From IMG/VR virus record IMGVR_UViG_2721755486_000003: a stretch of 64,000 nt of DNA; one strand, 5' to 3'. Shown here one piece after another: positions 39,871-49,380 of this stretch. This DNA is from a virus. Lineage: Duplodnaviria > Caudoviricetes. A program made the position numbers and the translations under genes. Every line of letters starts with the position of its first letter. Positions within the stretch are counted from its first letter, which is position 1. The notes under the pieces are model-generated. The model saw only the letters and a program-made list of their open reading frames with translations. It was not told the DNA's origin and ran no database searches.

Positions 39871-40865
39871 GCTGCGGCCACCTGTCCCGGCGCCACGCCG
39901 TACATGAGCACGTGCACGCGCTCGAACTCGTTCGGGTTCATGCGCTCGGCCTTGCTGACCTCGCGCTCGATCAGCCGCTGGTCGCCCGAGGCCCCGATCA
40001 CCCGCAGACGGAACCAGAGCCAAGGCTCGTCGGCGCCCTGCCTCAGCCCGTGCTCGCCGGCCTTGGCCAGCACGCCGTCGGTCGTGGCATCCCAGTCCGT
40101 GCCGGGCGGACCGCTGCGGTCGCCGGCCAGCGCCTCGTCGACGAACGGCTCGAGGAAGCCGGGGTTCACCGCCGAGCTGTCCCTGTCGGCATCCCTTCGC
40201 GCACGCGCGAGGGCATGAGCCCGGAGCAACACCGGCACGGCAATGCGGCGCACGGCAATCCGGAGCAACGCCTCGCGTGCGCGCGGGGTCAGGGCGACGG
40301 TCTTGCCCCGCTCGGCCTCCAAGCGCTGGAGGGCTTCCCCGATCTCATCGGCGGAAAGCGGCGGCGGCGATTCCGAGTTATCCACAGGGCCTACCACGTT
40401 CGAACTACCTACGCCGCTTGAGTAGGTATTGTTTTTCTGGCTATGGCTATGGTTAACCAGCGCGGGTTCTGAGGTGGGTTCAATTTGGGTTACCGAACCG
40501 AAACCCATTGGGTTTTCTGGTGGGTTATCCGTGGGTTGCCCTTTCCTCGGACGGCCGCCCTTTTTTCCGTTCTCTCGGTTTGCATCCGCCTTCGGCTTGG
40601 CTTTCTCGATTTCCGCGTCGATCCGCTTGTGGCGGAACCCGTCGATGCCATCCTGGAAGAACTGCAAGAGGATGCTGTCAACGGCTTTCTGTTCTGCCTT
40701 GTCGGTAGCACGCGCGATGCGGTAGACGGCCTTACGGTCGGTGGGCAGCGGCTTCTCGGTCGAGTAGTAGAAGTCCATCAGGCGGTTGTAGGCGCCGTCC
40801 TCGACCATCGAGAGGTGGACCGTATCGCGCGCGTAGTCGCCTGTGTAGCGCTTGTAGAAGTTCAT
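39867..40865 (-). CDS. Replication initiator (YdaU/DUF1376)
   Basis: GDYARDT.HLS..E.GAY..L.D.YY, HKRID.EI, NGKKGGRP. Confidence 0.88.
   Translation of the reverse strand: MNFYKRYTGDYARDTVHLSMVEDGAYNRLMDFYYSTEKPLPTDRKAVYRIARATDKAEQKAVDSILLQFFQDGIDGFRHKRIDAEIEKAKPKADANRENGKKGGRPRKGQPTDNPPENPMGFGSVTQIEPTSEPALVNHSHSQKNNTYSSGVGSSNVVGPVDNSESPPPLSADEIGEALQRLEAERGKTVALTPRAREALLRIAVRRIAVPVLLRAHALARARRDADRDSSAVNPGFLEPFVDEALAGDRSGPPGTDWDATTDGVLAKAGEHGLRQGADEPWLWFRLRVIGASGDQRLIEREVSKAERMNPNEFERVHVLMYGVAPGQVAAA
40464..40540. repeat. Putative origin iterons (TGGGTT repeats) inside the initiator gene
   Basis: GGGTT repeated about seven times in an AT-richer patch. Confidence 0.55.
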
Positions 40866-40914
40866 GAGGCCCTCCAATGCGGAAGGGCCTTGAAATTGAC
40901 GTCTGCGAGAGTGC

Positions 40915-41139
40915 TTAGCGCTGTTCTTCCAACAGCTTCAGCAAGCCCTTCGCGAGCGCCTCGACGCAATCCAGCGGCACGTCGACTTCCTTGATACTGA
41001 CTGACTCGAAGTCCTGCGCGATACCCGCCACGGTGATCTTGACATCCCTGTACGGTGTCAGCTCGATCGAGATCTGCGGCCGATCGCCTACCACCACGTA
41101 CCCGTTTTTCCCATCCGATTGCATCCTTGTCTGCCTCAT
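40915..41139 (-). CDS. Hypothetical protein
   Basis: Protein-like ORF in operon orientation. Confidence 0.55.
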   Translation of the reverse strand: MRQTRMQSDGKNGYVVVGDRPQISIELTPYRDVKITVAGIAQDFESVSIKEVDVPLDCVEALAKGLLKLLEEQR

Positions 41140-41289
41140 GTCCTGCCTGGTTGAAGGGACGGGCGGGCGCGGCATGGCAGGCGACTGCCGCGCGCCGGTG
41201 GCCACCGGCTGCCCGACTGGAAACCAGATCATAAGCCAGCGCGATGCGCAGGAAGCAGTCGGGGGGTGTCAGTGGCGGTTGGTCGGAGT

Positions 41290-42339
41290 TCACGTTGCAG
41301 TCTCCAACACCAGCCCCGGCTGGCGCGTGCGCTCAGCCTGCAGGGCGATGTATTCGGGGTTGAGCTCGGCGCCGAGCCAGCGTCGGCCGAGCCGCTGCGC
41401 GACGCTGGCCACCGTGCCCGAGCCCATGAACGGGTCGAATACGATGTCACCAGGGCGGCTGCCGGCCAGGATGCAGGGCTCGACCAGGGCCTCGGGGAAG
41501 GTGGCGAAGTGGGCGCCGCTATAGGACTGTGTGGCGATGGTCCAGACGGAACGCTTGTTGCGCGTCTCGCAGTACTCGATGTCCTCACGGCCGGGCCGGT
41601 GCTGAGCCTTCTGGCCGTGCTCGGCAGTGGAGTACTTCGTCTCGCGCGCGAAGCTGTTGCGCTTCGACCCGGCGGTGATGCGGCCGCGGGCCCGCCAGTC
41701 GGCGTCGTAGCCGTGGCCAAATCCCACACCGCTGGGCGTCGCGCCATAGGTGGCCGGTTCCTTGATCGCCTCGGCGTCGAAGCGGTACCGCGCGCTCTTC
41801 GTCAGGAGGAACAGGTACTCGTGGGCCTTCGTGCAGCGGTCCGTGACCGATTCCGGCATCGGGTTCGGCTTGTGCCAGATGATGTCCTGGCGCAGCCACC
41901 AGCCGGCGTCCTGCAGGGCGAAGGCGAGGCGCCAGGGCTGGCCCATCAGATCCTTAGCCTTGATGCCAGGCTCTCGGATGGTTCCGGTACCGCTGGCCTT
42001 GCGCTGACTCGCAGCGACCTGCCGGGCGCTCAGCGCGGACACCGCCACGCCACTGTACTCGCGACCCTGCGAGCCCCACGAGCCAGCGTAGCTGTCGCCC
42101 ATGTTCAGCCAAAGGGTACCGTCGTCCGCGAGCAGCTCGCGCGCCAGGTCAAACACCTCGACCATGTTGGCCAGGAACTCGCGCAGCGTCGGCTCCAGGC
42201 CGAGCTGGCCGCCGACGCCATAGTCGCGCAGGCCCCAGTACGGCGGGCTGGTCACGATGCACTGCACGCGCACGCCGGCGGCGAGCAGATCGCGCATGAC
42301 ATCGCGGCAGTCGCCTTGGTAGCAGTGGTCGAGCGTCAT
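41290..42339 (-). CDS. DNA methyltransferase (N4-C/N6-A, beta class)
   Basis: TSPPY, IIWHKPNPMPES, HFATFP, DPFMGSGT. Confidence 0.93.
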   Translation of the reverse strand: MTLDHCYQGDCRDVMRDLLAAGVRVQCIVTSPPYWGLRDYGVGGQLGLEPTLREFLANMVEVFDLARELLADDGTLWLNMGDSYAGSWGSQGREYSGVAVSALSARQVAASQRKASGTGTIREPGIKAKDLMGQPWRLAFALQDAGWWLRQDIIWHKPNPMPESVTDRCTKAHEYLFLLTKSARYRFDAEAIKEPATYGATPSGVGFGHGYDADWRARGRITAGSKRNSFARETKYSTAEHGQKAQHRPGREDIEYCETRNKRSVWTIATQSYSGAHFATFPEALVEPCILAGSRPGDIVFDPFMGSGTVASVAQRLGRRWLGAELNPEYIALQAERTRQPGLVLETAT

Positions 42340-42371
42340 GCTAGGATCGTCAAGAACAACAAGGAGCAGGA

Positions 42372-42566
42372 ATGCAGTACAAGGTCGAAGGATCGAGGGT
42401 AATCGTCGGGGAAAAAGTCTACGTTTTCGCGACGAGCACGCAGGCACGGAGCTTCACGAGCTGCCTTGACAACGGAGGGAGCACTGACAGTTGCGCTCTG
42501 GAGGTGAAGCCGCTCCGCGTCGAGCGGCTGCGCTCGCCATCCGCTTCTATAGACCTCGACATGTAG
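42372..42566 (+). CDS. Small antisense-oriented hypothetical protein
   Basis: AAGGAG RBS, TAGGAT upstream. Confidence 0.55.
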   Translation: MQYKVEGSRVIVGEKVYVFATSTQARSFTSCLDNGGSTDSCALEVKPLRVERLRSPSASIDLDM

Positions 42567-42598
42567 GGCCTCTGCCAGTCGTTCGCCTGTAGATCCAC

Positions 42599-42868
42599 TC
42601 ACGCCTCCACCTCCGCGCCCTCTTCCGCTTCGACCGGCACGCCGCTGATAGGACGCAGGTCCGCGTCCAGGCAGTCGCCATCATTGCTAAGGCCACGTGC
42701 CCCCGTTGACACGTCCAGCACGTGGAACGGGGCGCCCTCACCTTGCACCGTCCAGGCCGCGCACCCGTAAATCGGGCTGGCCGGTGCGATGACGCGCACC
42801 ACACGCCCAACGTTCTCGGGGAACGGGTCTCGCACGATGTAGGCCAGAATCCCAGGCTTGCAATTCAT
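42599..42868 (-). CDS. Phage hypothetical protein
   Basis: MNCKPG.LA.IV...N.GRVV.V...D..LRPI motif. Confidence 0.75.
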   Translation of the reverse strand: MNCKPGILAYIVRDPFPENVGRVVRVIAPASPIYGCAAWTVQGEGAPFHVLDVSTGARGLSNDGDCLDADLRPISGVPVEAEEGAEVEA

Positions 42869-42947
42869 GGCAAGAACCCCCACACGATCGAGCCGACGAT
42901 CGCCACCAGCAGCAGCGCGACGGCCCCTTCCATGACCAGCTGATCCA

Positions 42948-43259
42948 TCACGACACCTCCATCCCTTTCATGCCGATCTCGGCCAGCGTGCGCAACGCTT
43001 CGAACTGCGCGCGTGTGATGGTCACCATGTCCTGGGCCGGCTGCCCGGGCTCGTCGTCATCGCCGGCCAGCTGGGAGAGATCGATGCCGAGGAAGGCCAG
43101 CAACTCGCAGAATTTCTTCAGCTGCAGGCCGTGGCCGCGCCCGTTGTGGAAGCGACTGAAGTTCGAGGCCTCAACGCCGATCGCTTCGGCGACTGTCTTC
43201 TGCGTGTGCTGCGCGATCCGGCGCACTACCACAACTTCGTTGCGATCAGCAACATGCAT
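42948..43259 (-). CDS. CII-like regulator
   Basis: TQKTVAEAIGVEASNFSR HTH, C-terminal ALRTLA; position after cro. Confidence 0.7.
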   Translation of the reverse strand: MHVADRNEVVVVRRIAQHTQKTVAEAIGVEASNFSRFHNGRGHGLQLKKFCELLAFLGIDLSQLAGDDDEPGQPAQDMVTITRAQFEALRTLAEIGMKGMEVS

Positions 43260-43572
43260 CGGTTGCTCCCAAGTGCATTGCGGTTTCCATACGATTCATC
43301 CCAACGAGACAGCAGAGCCGGCGCGCCACGGTGCCCGGCCAGGAAAAGGAAAACATGGGAAATGGATGCCACCACCGGCTACCGCTCGCGGCGGCGGCGA
43401 TGCCGGCGCGTGCGAGCGCCGGGTGGTCACAAAGCGATACCTGCAGCGTGCGCGGCATGGTTCATTCCCCGGTCGGGCGTGGGCCCGTTGAAATCACAAA
43501 GCGCGCCGACAGGCGGCACGCGGAACTGCTGTTGTTCGATTCAGCTACTGCGCGCGGGCGTGCGCTTCGTGC

Positions 43573-43812
43573 TCAGCCCTTCGGCCACGGAAGCCAGTCG
43601 ATCACCCACACCGCCACCCAGAAGGTGAGGATCACGACGAACGCACCGAGCTGGCCGGCGATGAGCCTCGAGACGAGCGGGAAGCGACGCCGAAACGCTC
43701 GGATTCGGTCAGGCAATCCGGTCCCCTTCTCCGCCGATTGCGACTCGCCCAGCTGGCGAGCTCGGACCTTGACCCACCAGATGGCGGCTGTCACGGCGCC
43801 CTTCTTCATCAC
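43573..43812 (-). CDS. Small membrane protein
   Basis: C-terminal TM segment; overlaps cro stop. Confidence 0.5.
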   Translation of the reverse strand: MMKKGAVTAAIWWVKVRARQLGESQSAEKGTGLPDRIRAFRRRFPLVSRLIAGQLGAFVVILTFWVAVWVIDWLPWPKG

Positions 43813-44117
43813 GCGGCCTCGCTGTGGGCCTCGTGGGCGGCGGCCCGGGGCTTGCCGGGCTTGCGCGGCGGGGTGCCGGACGTCGGCAAACCGCGCGATG
43901 CCTCTGCAAGCTCAGGCCAAATCAGATGCCAGTCGTTTGGGCGCAGCTCTTTCCGTGTGGCGACCCCCACTCGTTCCGCATACGGGGCCAGCCGAATCAG
44001 CTTGTCATCAGGAATGCCCTTTTCGCGCCAAGCCGTGACAGACGGCGCCTTGATGTTGAGCAACCGTGCTACGGCATTGGTGCCGCCAAGTGCGTCGATG
44101 AGAGTGCTTGCATCCAT
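43809..44117 (-). CDS. cro: Cro-like repressor
   Basis: LIDALGGTNAVARLLNIKAPSVTAW..GIP, LRP..W..IWPEL; divergent from cI. Confidence 0.88.
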   Translation of the reverse strand: MDASTLIDALGGTNAVARLLNIKAPSVTAWREKGIPDDKLIRLAPYAERVGVATRKELRPNDWHLIWPELAEASRGLPTSGTPPRKPGKPRAAAHEAHSEAA

Positions 44118-44148
44118 GGAAGGTCTCGTGATCGGTCCTAGCATGATG

Positions 44149-44212
44149 TTAGGACTAGCTAATACACAAGTCAATAGCAACTCCTAACCGACTGAATGTT
44201 AGTCTTGGCTAA
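44149..44212. promoter_or_regulatory. OR: three operators TTAG-N6-CTAA with PR (TTGACT-N17-TAACAT, minus)
   Basis: 44149-44162, 44174-44187 (one mismatch), 44199-44212; cI ATG has no RBS (possibly leaderless). Confidence 0.8.
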
Positions 44213-45162
44213 TGCTCTCTGAACGACTCAAACTCGCCATGAAGGAAGCCGGCGTCAGCCAGGCTGATCTGGCTCGTGCCTGTGGCGTGAAGCCCCCCAG
44301 CGTCAATGGATGGCTGAGTGGCAAATCAAAATTCTTGCGAGGAGAGAACCTCCTTGCGGCTGCCCGGGCTCTCAATGTCTCGGAGGAGTGGCTCGCGACG
44401 GGGCAAGGCCCAATGCGGACGACCACTGGGCTTCGACTTGAATCGCTTAGGACCACTCCTGAGCAGCGAGAGCACGAGAATGCCGAGCTTCTGGCGGCGA
44501 CAGCTATTCCACTGCAGGACCGCCTCGACGAAGTCTTTGAGGAGTGCAGCGCTGTCGACTTGCTCCGCAAAATCGGCATGTCAGATTCTGAGTTCACTCG
44601 CGTCGCAGGCGGCTACACGATGCCCGTGGATTTGGCAGTAAAGATCCAAGAGGCTACTGGCATCAGTTCCGTGTGGCTATTGCTCGGAAAGGGGCCGAAG
44701 AAAGTTGCCATTCGCCACAACGACGACTGGAACCCTCTCCCGATCCCGCAAGCTTCCATCAGAAAAATTCCGGTCCTGGCGATGGCACAACTCGGCGACA
44801 ACGGGCACTTCTGCGACATGGAATACCCGGTCGGCCACGGCGACGGGTATCTGCAATTCTTCAGCTCGGACCCTGATGCCTACGGCCTACGGTGTGTGGG
44901 CGACTCGATGGAGCCGCGGATCAAGGATGGCGAGTTCGTCGTGGCCGCCCCCAACCACTCGGTCACGAATGGCGATGAGGTCTTGGTCAAGTCCAAGGAC
45001 GGCCGCGTCATGATCAAGATCCTGGGCTTCGCGCGGGACGGCTACACTAGCTTCCTGTCCGTCAACCAGAAGCACGGCATCGTGAAGATTCCGAACGACG
45101 ATATCGAGAAGCTGGACTTCATCGAGGCCATCGTGAAGGCGTCGGCCTGGGTGCCGGACTAA
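44212..45162 (+). CDS. cI: CI-like repressor: HTH + second HTH-like domain + S24 peptidase
   Basis: SQADLARACGVKPPSVNGW; VGDSMEP, VMIK. Confidence 0.92.
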   Translation: MLSERLKLAMKEAGVSQADLARACGVKPPSVNGWLSGKSKFLRGENLLAAARALNVSEEWLATGQGPMRTTTGLRLESLRTTPEQREHENAELLAATAIPLQDRLDEVFEECSAVDLLRKIGMSDSEFTRVAGGYTMPVDLAVKIQEATGISSVWLLLGKGPKKVAIRHNDDWNPLPIPQASIRKIPVLAMAQLGDNGHFCDMEYPVGHGDGYLQFFSSDPDAYGLRCVGDSMEPRIKDGEFVVAAPNHSVTNGDEVLVKSKDGRVMIKILGFARDGYTSFLSVNQKHGIVKIPNDDIEKLDFIEAIVKASAWVPD

Positions 45163-45169
45163 GGCAATA

Positions 45170-46006
45170 ATGAAGCGCATTCTAATCTCGGCAGCGATTG
45201 CACTATCCGGGCTCTCCCAAGCGGCTGAGTACTCTGTTAATGCGAATGCGCTGACTCTCGTTCAGAGATTGGTTGCGCAAGATCTACGCGTTACCAGATC
45301 GGCCGGCCAAGGAATATTCAAACTTCCAGCCGGAGAATCTGAGACGCAATTTTTAGGCGAGTTGAGCGAGTGGCTATCGGGCAAGAGCCCCAACCTGGCT
45401 CCTGTCCCGGCGGCACAAAAAGCATACCTCTTTCTCATCTACTGGGCAGCCGCGCGAATACCGGAGACATCTTCCTGTTTCAAGGATGCGGAGGATCCAG
45501 CGTGCGCGCGGGATTTTGACGAGGCCATCGAAAATACAAAATCGTCGAAGCCTGCGTTCCTGAAAGACTACAGCGTCGCACGAGGCCCTTTGGGACTACC
45601 GGAGAGGTCCTCCGTAGATCTCTCTGCTGAGCATTTGGCAGCATTGCCTGCGGCGTTGCCGATGCCGCATCCTCAGGCGCTTGTTAACGCTGACCGTACC
45701 TGTGACGACTTAGGGTTTTCGTCTGGCCGACAGGGCTTTGGCGACGCCTGCAAACGCGGTAACCACCGAGGTTACGATGACTTGTTGGCGATGCGATCGG
45801 ACCCTGAAGTTCGCGTTGATTTCTGGGCGGCGTGCCAGGATGCCGTTGGATTCAGCGTGTCCGAGAACTACCTCGGTTGGTCGCAATGCGTGAAGTTCGT
45901 GCGTGCATCATGCCCAGCATCGAAGGTGTCCGGCGATAACGACATTCGGCGGTGCTTGCGCGCCATCCAGAGTAACGGATGGGTCTTGAATTCCGCCGTG
46001 CGCTGA
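45170..46006 (+). CDS. Exported Cys-rich hypothetical protein
   Basis: Signal peptide MKRILISAAIALSGLSQA, eight Cys, AT-richer. Confidence 0.7.
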   Translation: MKRILISAAIALSGLSQAAEYSVNANALTLVQRLVAQDLRVTRSAGQGIFKLPAGESETQFLGELSEWLSGKSPNLAPVPAAQKAYLFLIYWAAARIPETSSCFKDAEDPACARDFDEAIENTKSSKPAFLKDYSVARGPLGLPERSSVDLSAEHLAALPAALPMPHPQALVNADRTCDDLGFSSGRQGFGDACKRGNHRGYDDLLAMRSDPEVRVDFWAACQDAVGFSVSENYLGWSQCVKFVRASCPASKVSGDNDIRRCLRAIQSNGWVLNSAVR

Positions 46007-46086
46007 GAGGCGCGGGCTTCGCGACTACTAGGCATCAACCTGACACCAGGATTGATCTACATGACCTCAATGAAACGCTTGCCCTC

Positions 46087-46326
46087 ATGAAAGTCACGCC
46101 CACCTGCCGGTACGAGCACGGGGAGTTGCAGGAGATCCCCCGAGAACCCGAAACGCACTACTTTGGCCTCATGGGGGCTACGCTCGTCCCATTTCGGGCG
46201 GGGACACCCGTCGGCGAACCTCTCTCGCGGACAACGGTATCCGGTCGCATATATACCGTGTCCATCTTTCGTTGCCCGGTCTGCGGGTATCTGGAGATGT
46301 TCGACGACGAGGTCGGCAATGGCTGA
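46087..46326 (+). CDS. Small zinc-ribbon protein
   Basis: CRYEHG...CPVCGYLEMF. Confidence 0.65.
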   Translation: MKVTPTCRYEHGELQEIPREPETHYFGLMGATLVPFRAGTPVGEPLSRTTVSGRIYTVSIFRCPVCGYLEMFDDEVGNG

Positions 46327-46744
46327 GCGCCGCCTCGCACCCGTCGACGAGAACTATGAGCATTCCGGCGGGGGCGGCGGGCCGCCCTATAATGGCGATA
46401 TGGAACGCATTGAGCGCCTCGAGGGCGCCGTCTCCCGCCTGGAATCCGACATGGCCGCTCTCAAGAGCGATGTGGCGGTGATCGTGGCCAACTATGCGAC
46501 CAAGGCGGACGTCGCCGAAATCCGGGCTGATATCCACAAAGCGATCGCGGAGAATTCACGTTGGACGCACACTGCGACAATGGGGATGTTCGGCGCCTTT
46601 GTGCTCGGGGCGATCGGCCTCCTGTTCACCATTTGGAACGCCGCGAAGCCTGCATCCTCGCCGCAACCCCAGGCTGCGGCCGCGCCGATTGTGATCCAGG
46701 TGCCGGTGCCAAGCCCCGCTGCCCCGGCGCCGCCGGCAAAGTAG
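46319..46744 (+). CDS. Coiled-coil membrane-anchored protein (DUF1640/CCDC90-like)
   Basis: GGGGPP..GDMERI..LE, YATKADV, C-terminal TM. Confidence 0.75.
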   Translation: MAERRLAPVDENYEHSGGGGGPPYNGDMERIERLEGAVSRLESDMAALKSDVAVIVANYATKADVAEIRADIHKAIAENSRWTHTATMGMFGAFVLGAIGLLFTIWNAAKPASSPQPQAAAAPIVIQVPVPSPAAPAPPAK

Positions 46745-46754
46745 CCATCCCGAA

Positions 46755-46782
46755 GAACCCGCCGGCCCAGGCGGGTTTTTTC
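46755..46782 (+). terminator. Intrinsic terminator of the cI operon
   Basis: AACCCGCC-GGCCCA-GGCGGGTT + T-run. Confidence 0.8.
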
Positions 46783-46785
46783 TGC

Positions 46786-47001
46786 CTATCGCCGCCGTCT
46801 CGCCGCCGCAATAACCCTCTCATTCAGCCCCACGCGATAGAGCGTAGCCCCGGCCTGCTCTAGCGCCGCCCTCTCCTTCCCCTCGATCGTCTCGTCGGCC
46901 AGCAGCGCCGCCAGCAATGCGATCGCGTCATCCACGTCCAGATCCTGGTCGTCATCGAGCGCCAGCTCTTCGAACCTGCGGATCACGTCGTCTGGGTCCA
47001 T
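46786..47001 (-). CDS. Small acidic helical hypothetical protein, paralog of 1-189
   Basis: AGGAGG RBS; paralog within the window. Confidence 0.8.
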   Translation of the reverse strand: MDPDDVIRRFEELALDDDQDLDVDDAIALLAALLADETIEGKERAALEQAGATLYRVGLNERVIAAARRRR

Positions 47002-47091
47002 GAGTGCCCTCCTGAGTACCCGATCCAGTCTAGTCCAGTTGCATAGCTAGTCCGGCCCTCAAACCATGGGCCAGGCCCTCTACGCAGAAAA

Positions 47092-47134
47092 TTAGGAGTT
47101 CCTATTGACTTCATGCATTAGCGTCTCCTAATAT
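47092..47134 (+). promoter_or_regulatory. OL/PL: two operators and TTGACT-N18-TAATAT promoter
   Basis: TTAGGAGTTCCTAT 47092-47105, TTAGCGTCTCCTAA 47118-47131. Confidence 0.8.
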
Positions 47135-47178
47135 TCCTCCACGCCGCTCACCTCCGCAGCGGCTCGCTGGAGACAGAG

Positions 47179-47526
47179 ATGCCCAATGCCGTTCCCACCG
47201 CTGCCGCGTACCAGCACGCCTATGAGGCGCGCCAGCGCGCCGCCGGCCAGCCTGCGCCGGCTTTCCTCGCACCGGCCACCGCGCCGCGCCTTCCGCGCGC
47301 CGACGAGCAGTCCGCCGTCGTCATGACCGCCGGCGAGTGGTGGTCGGTCATCGGCGAGTTCACCACGCCCGGGCCCGGCCAGGCCCCCGCCTTCGTCGCA
47401 GCCAGCATCCGCATGGTCAACGCCGACGGCAGCCAGGGCCCCGAGCTGATCGACTTCTTCACGGCCATGTCGGTTGCCGAATTCGAGCGCCTGGCGGTCG
47501 AGTTCCTGACGGAAGGGAGGGCTTGA
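47179..47526 (+). CDS. Early hypothetical protein
   Basis: First ORF after PL, GGAG RBS. Confidence 0.7.
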   Translation: MPNAVPTAAAYQHAYEARQRAAGQPAPAFLAPATAPRLPRADEQSAVVMTAGEWWSVIGEFTTPGPGQAPAFVAASIRMVNADGSQGPELIDFFTAMSVAEFERLAVEFLTEGRA

Positions 47527-47529
47527 GCC

Positions 47530-47826
47530 ATGGCTGATGCCAAGTTCGGACCCTGGGAGGCCTGCAGCAACCTGATCCGCGAGAAGCGCACGGCGGAGAG
47601 CGGCGCCGGTTTTCTGGTCGCAGAAGTGCCCGCGAACACCGAAGGCGCCAGCGCGAAGGCCACGCTGATGGCCGCCGCGCCCGAGCTGTTCGGCGTGGTC
47701 GACGCCCTGATCAAGTCCTTCCGCATGGCGGGCATCGCTGCCGACCTGGACAGCAACGACCCTGCCGAATGGCTGATGGCCAAGGCGGTCATGGCGCATT
47801 CGAAGGCGCTGGGAGATCGGGCATGA
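47530..47826 (+). CDS. Phage hypothetical protein
   Basis: GPW...ATLMAAAPEL motif. Confidence 0.75.
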   Translation: MADAKFGPWEACSNLIREKRTAESGAGFLVAEVPANTEGASAKATLMAAAPELFGVVDALIKSFRMAGIAADLDSNDPAEWLMAKAVMAHSKALGDRA

Positions 47827-48296
47827 GCGCAATGCAAGAAGCCTTCGACCGCGCGAGCGGGAAGAAGACCCCCTGGAATCCTTCGCGCAAGGCGACGGCG
47901 CGCGTGAAGAACCCTCTGCCCGCCCCCACCAGTTGCCCCCACTGCAACGGTGCTGTCGACCTCGTCAACAACAGCGCTATCTACGGCCGCGAATACGGCG
48001 AATGGCCCTATGCCTACGCCTGTACGGCCGCAGGCTGTGGCGCATACGTGGGCCTGCACCCCTTTACCGCAATCCCGCTCGGCACCTTGGCCGACGGCCC
48101 AACCCGCGCCGCGCGGAAGCGGGCCAAGGCTGCCTTCAATCCGATCTGGCAGTCGGGCCGCATGACTCGCGGCGAGGCCTATGCATGGCTCGCCCGGGCG
48201 CTCGGCATCGAGAAGACCGAGGAGTGCCATATCGGATGGTTCGACGTGAGCACCTGCCAGCGAGTTGAGCAGGTCATCCGGGAGTCGCGTCAATGA
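47823..48296 (+). CDS. Zinc-finger protein (DUF3268-like)
   Basis: CPHC, C.AYVG.HP, PLGTLA, AY.WLA, CHIG.F. Confidence 0.85.
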   Translation: MSAMQEAFDRASGKKTPWNPSRKATARVKNPLPAPTSCPHCNGAVDLVNNSAIYGREYGEWPYAYACTAAGCGAYVGLHPFTAIPLGTLADGPTRAARKRAKAAFNPIWQSGRMTRGEAYAWLARALGIEKTEECHIGWFDVSTCQRVEQVIRESRQ

Positions 48297-48451
48297 CCCC
48301 GCGCCACGACCCAGCGCGCATCGCGCGCAACACCCGCCGGCTGAACATGGTCACCGTCGCAGTGATCGTGGTGGTCGCCCTCGCCTACTTCTTCGCCACG
48401 AACGCGCCGGCCGCGCCGGTCCGGCCCACCAAGCACGTGAGGACCGTATGA
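48293..48451 (+). CDS. Small single-TM protein
   Basis: MTPRHD...VTVAVIVVVALAYFF; ATGA overlaps at both ends. Confidence 0.6.
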   Translation: MTPRHDPARIARNTRRLNMVTVAVIVVVALAYFFATNAPAAPVRPTKHVRTV

Positions 48452-48582
48452 CCGCTCTCCCCATCGTGCCGGGCCACACGTACCACGTCCACGGCGCCGG
48501 CCTCTCGCTCACCGTGATCGCTCAGAACCCCGTCGATGCCATCTGCGTGGCGCTCGACATCATCCTGGAGTCGCTGCAATGA
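48448..48582 (+). CDS. Small hypothetical protein
   Basis: MTALPIVPG...ESLQ; ATGA overlaps. Confidence 0.55.
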   Translation: MTALPIVPGHTYHVHGAGLSLTVIAQNPVDAICVALDIILESLQ

Positions 48583-49373
48583 ACATCGTCACCATCCGCG
48601 CCAGCTCGCTGGCAGAGTTATTCGACTGCCCGGCGCGCTGGGAAGCCAAGCACATCCTGGGCATGCGCATGCCTTCGAGCGGCGCATCGCACCTGGGCAC
48701 CGCTGTGCACGCCGGCACGGCCGCTTTCGACCAGGCCGTGCTGGACGGCGCGCCCATCACCGCGGACGACGCGGCCGCCGCCGTGGTGGATTCGATCCAC
48801 GACAAGGATGCCGAGGTCGACTGGGAGGACAGCGACCCGGCCACCGCCGAGCGCATTGCGCTGGCCCTGCACACCCGGTACTGCGTCGAGATCGCGCCGC
48901 GCCAGCACTACATCGGCGTCGAGGTGAAATGCGAGCGCCTGGAGATCCCCGAGCTGGGCCTCGCGCTGACCGGCACGACCGACCGCGTGCGCACCACCGA
49001 GGCCGGCGCCGGCATCAGCGACCTCAAGACGGGCGGCCGCGCCGTCGGCACCGATGGCGTGGCGGTCACCGCCGGCCACGGGCCGCAGCTGGGCGTCTAT
49101 GAGCTGCTGGCCGAGCACGCCATGGGCATCCCCATCAGCGCACCGGCGCAGATCGTCGGCATGAACACCGGCAAGACGGCCGCCGGCCAACGCGTGGGCA
49201 CCGGCGAGATCGAGTCGCCGCGCACCGCGCTGTTGGGCACCGAGGATCAGCCCGGCCTGCTGCAGCACGCCTCGCGCCTGATCCAGTCCGGCGCCTTCTA
49301 CGGCAACGGCAAGTCCTTCCTGTGCTCGGCGAAGTACTGCCCGCGCCACGCCACCTGCCCCTACAAGAGCTGA
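48579..49373 (+). CDS. PD-(D/E)XK exonuclease (RecB/Cas4-like)
   Basis: CPARW, GTAVH, GTTD, DLKTG, QLGVY, C..KYC. Confidence 0.9.
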   Translation: MNIVTIRASSLAELFDCPARWEAKHILGMRMPSSGASHLGTAVHAGTAAFDQAVLDGAPITADDAAAAVVDSIHDKDAEVDWEDSDPATAERIALALHTRYCVEIAPRQHYIGVEVKCERLEIPELGLALTGTTDRVRTTEAGAGISDLKTGGRAVGTDGVAVTAGHGPQLGVYELLAEHAMGIPISAPAQIVGMNTGKTAAGQRVGTGEIESPRTALLGTEDQPGLLQHASRLIQSGAFYGNGKSFLCSAKYCPRHATCPYKS

Positions 49374-49380
49374 GGCAGCC

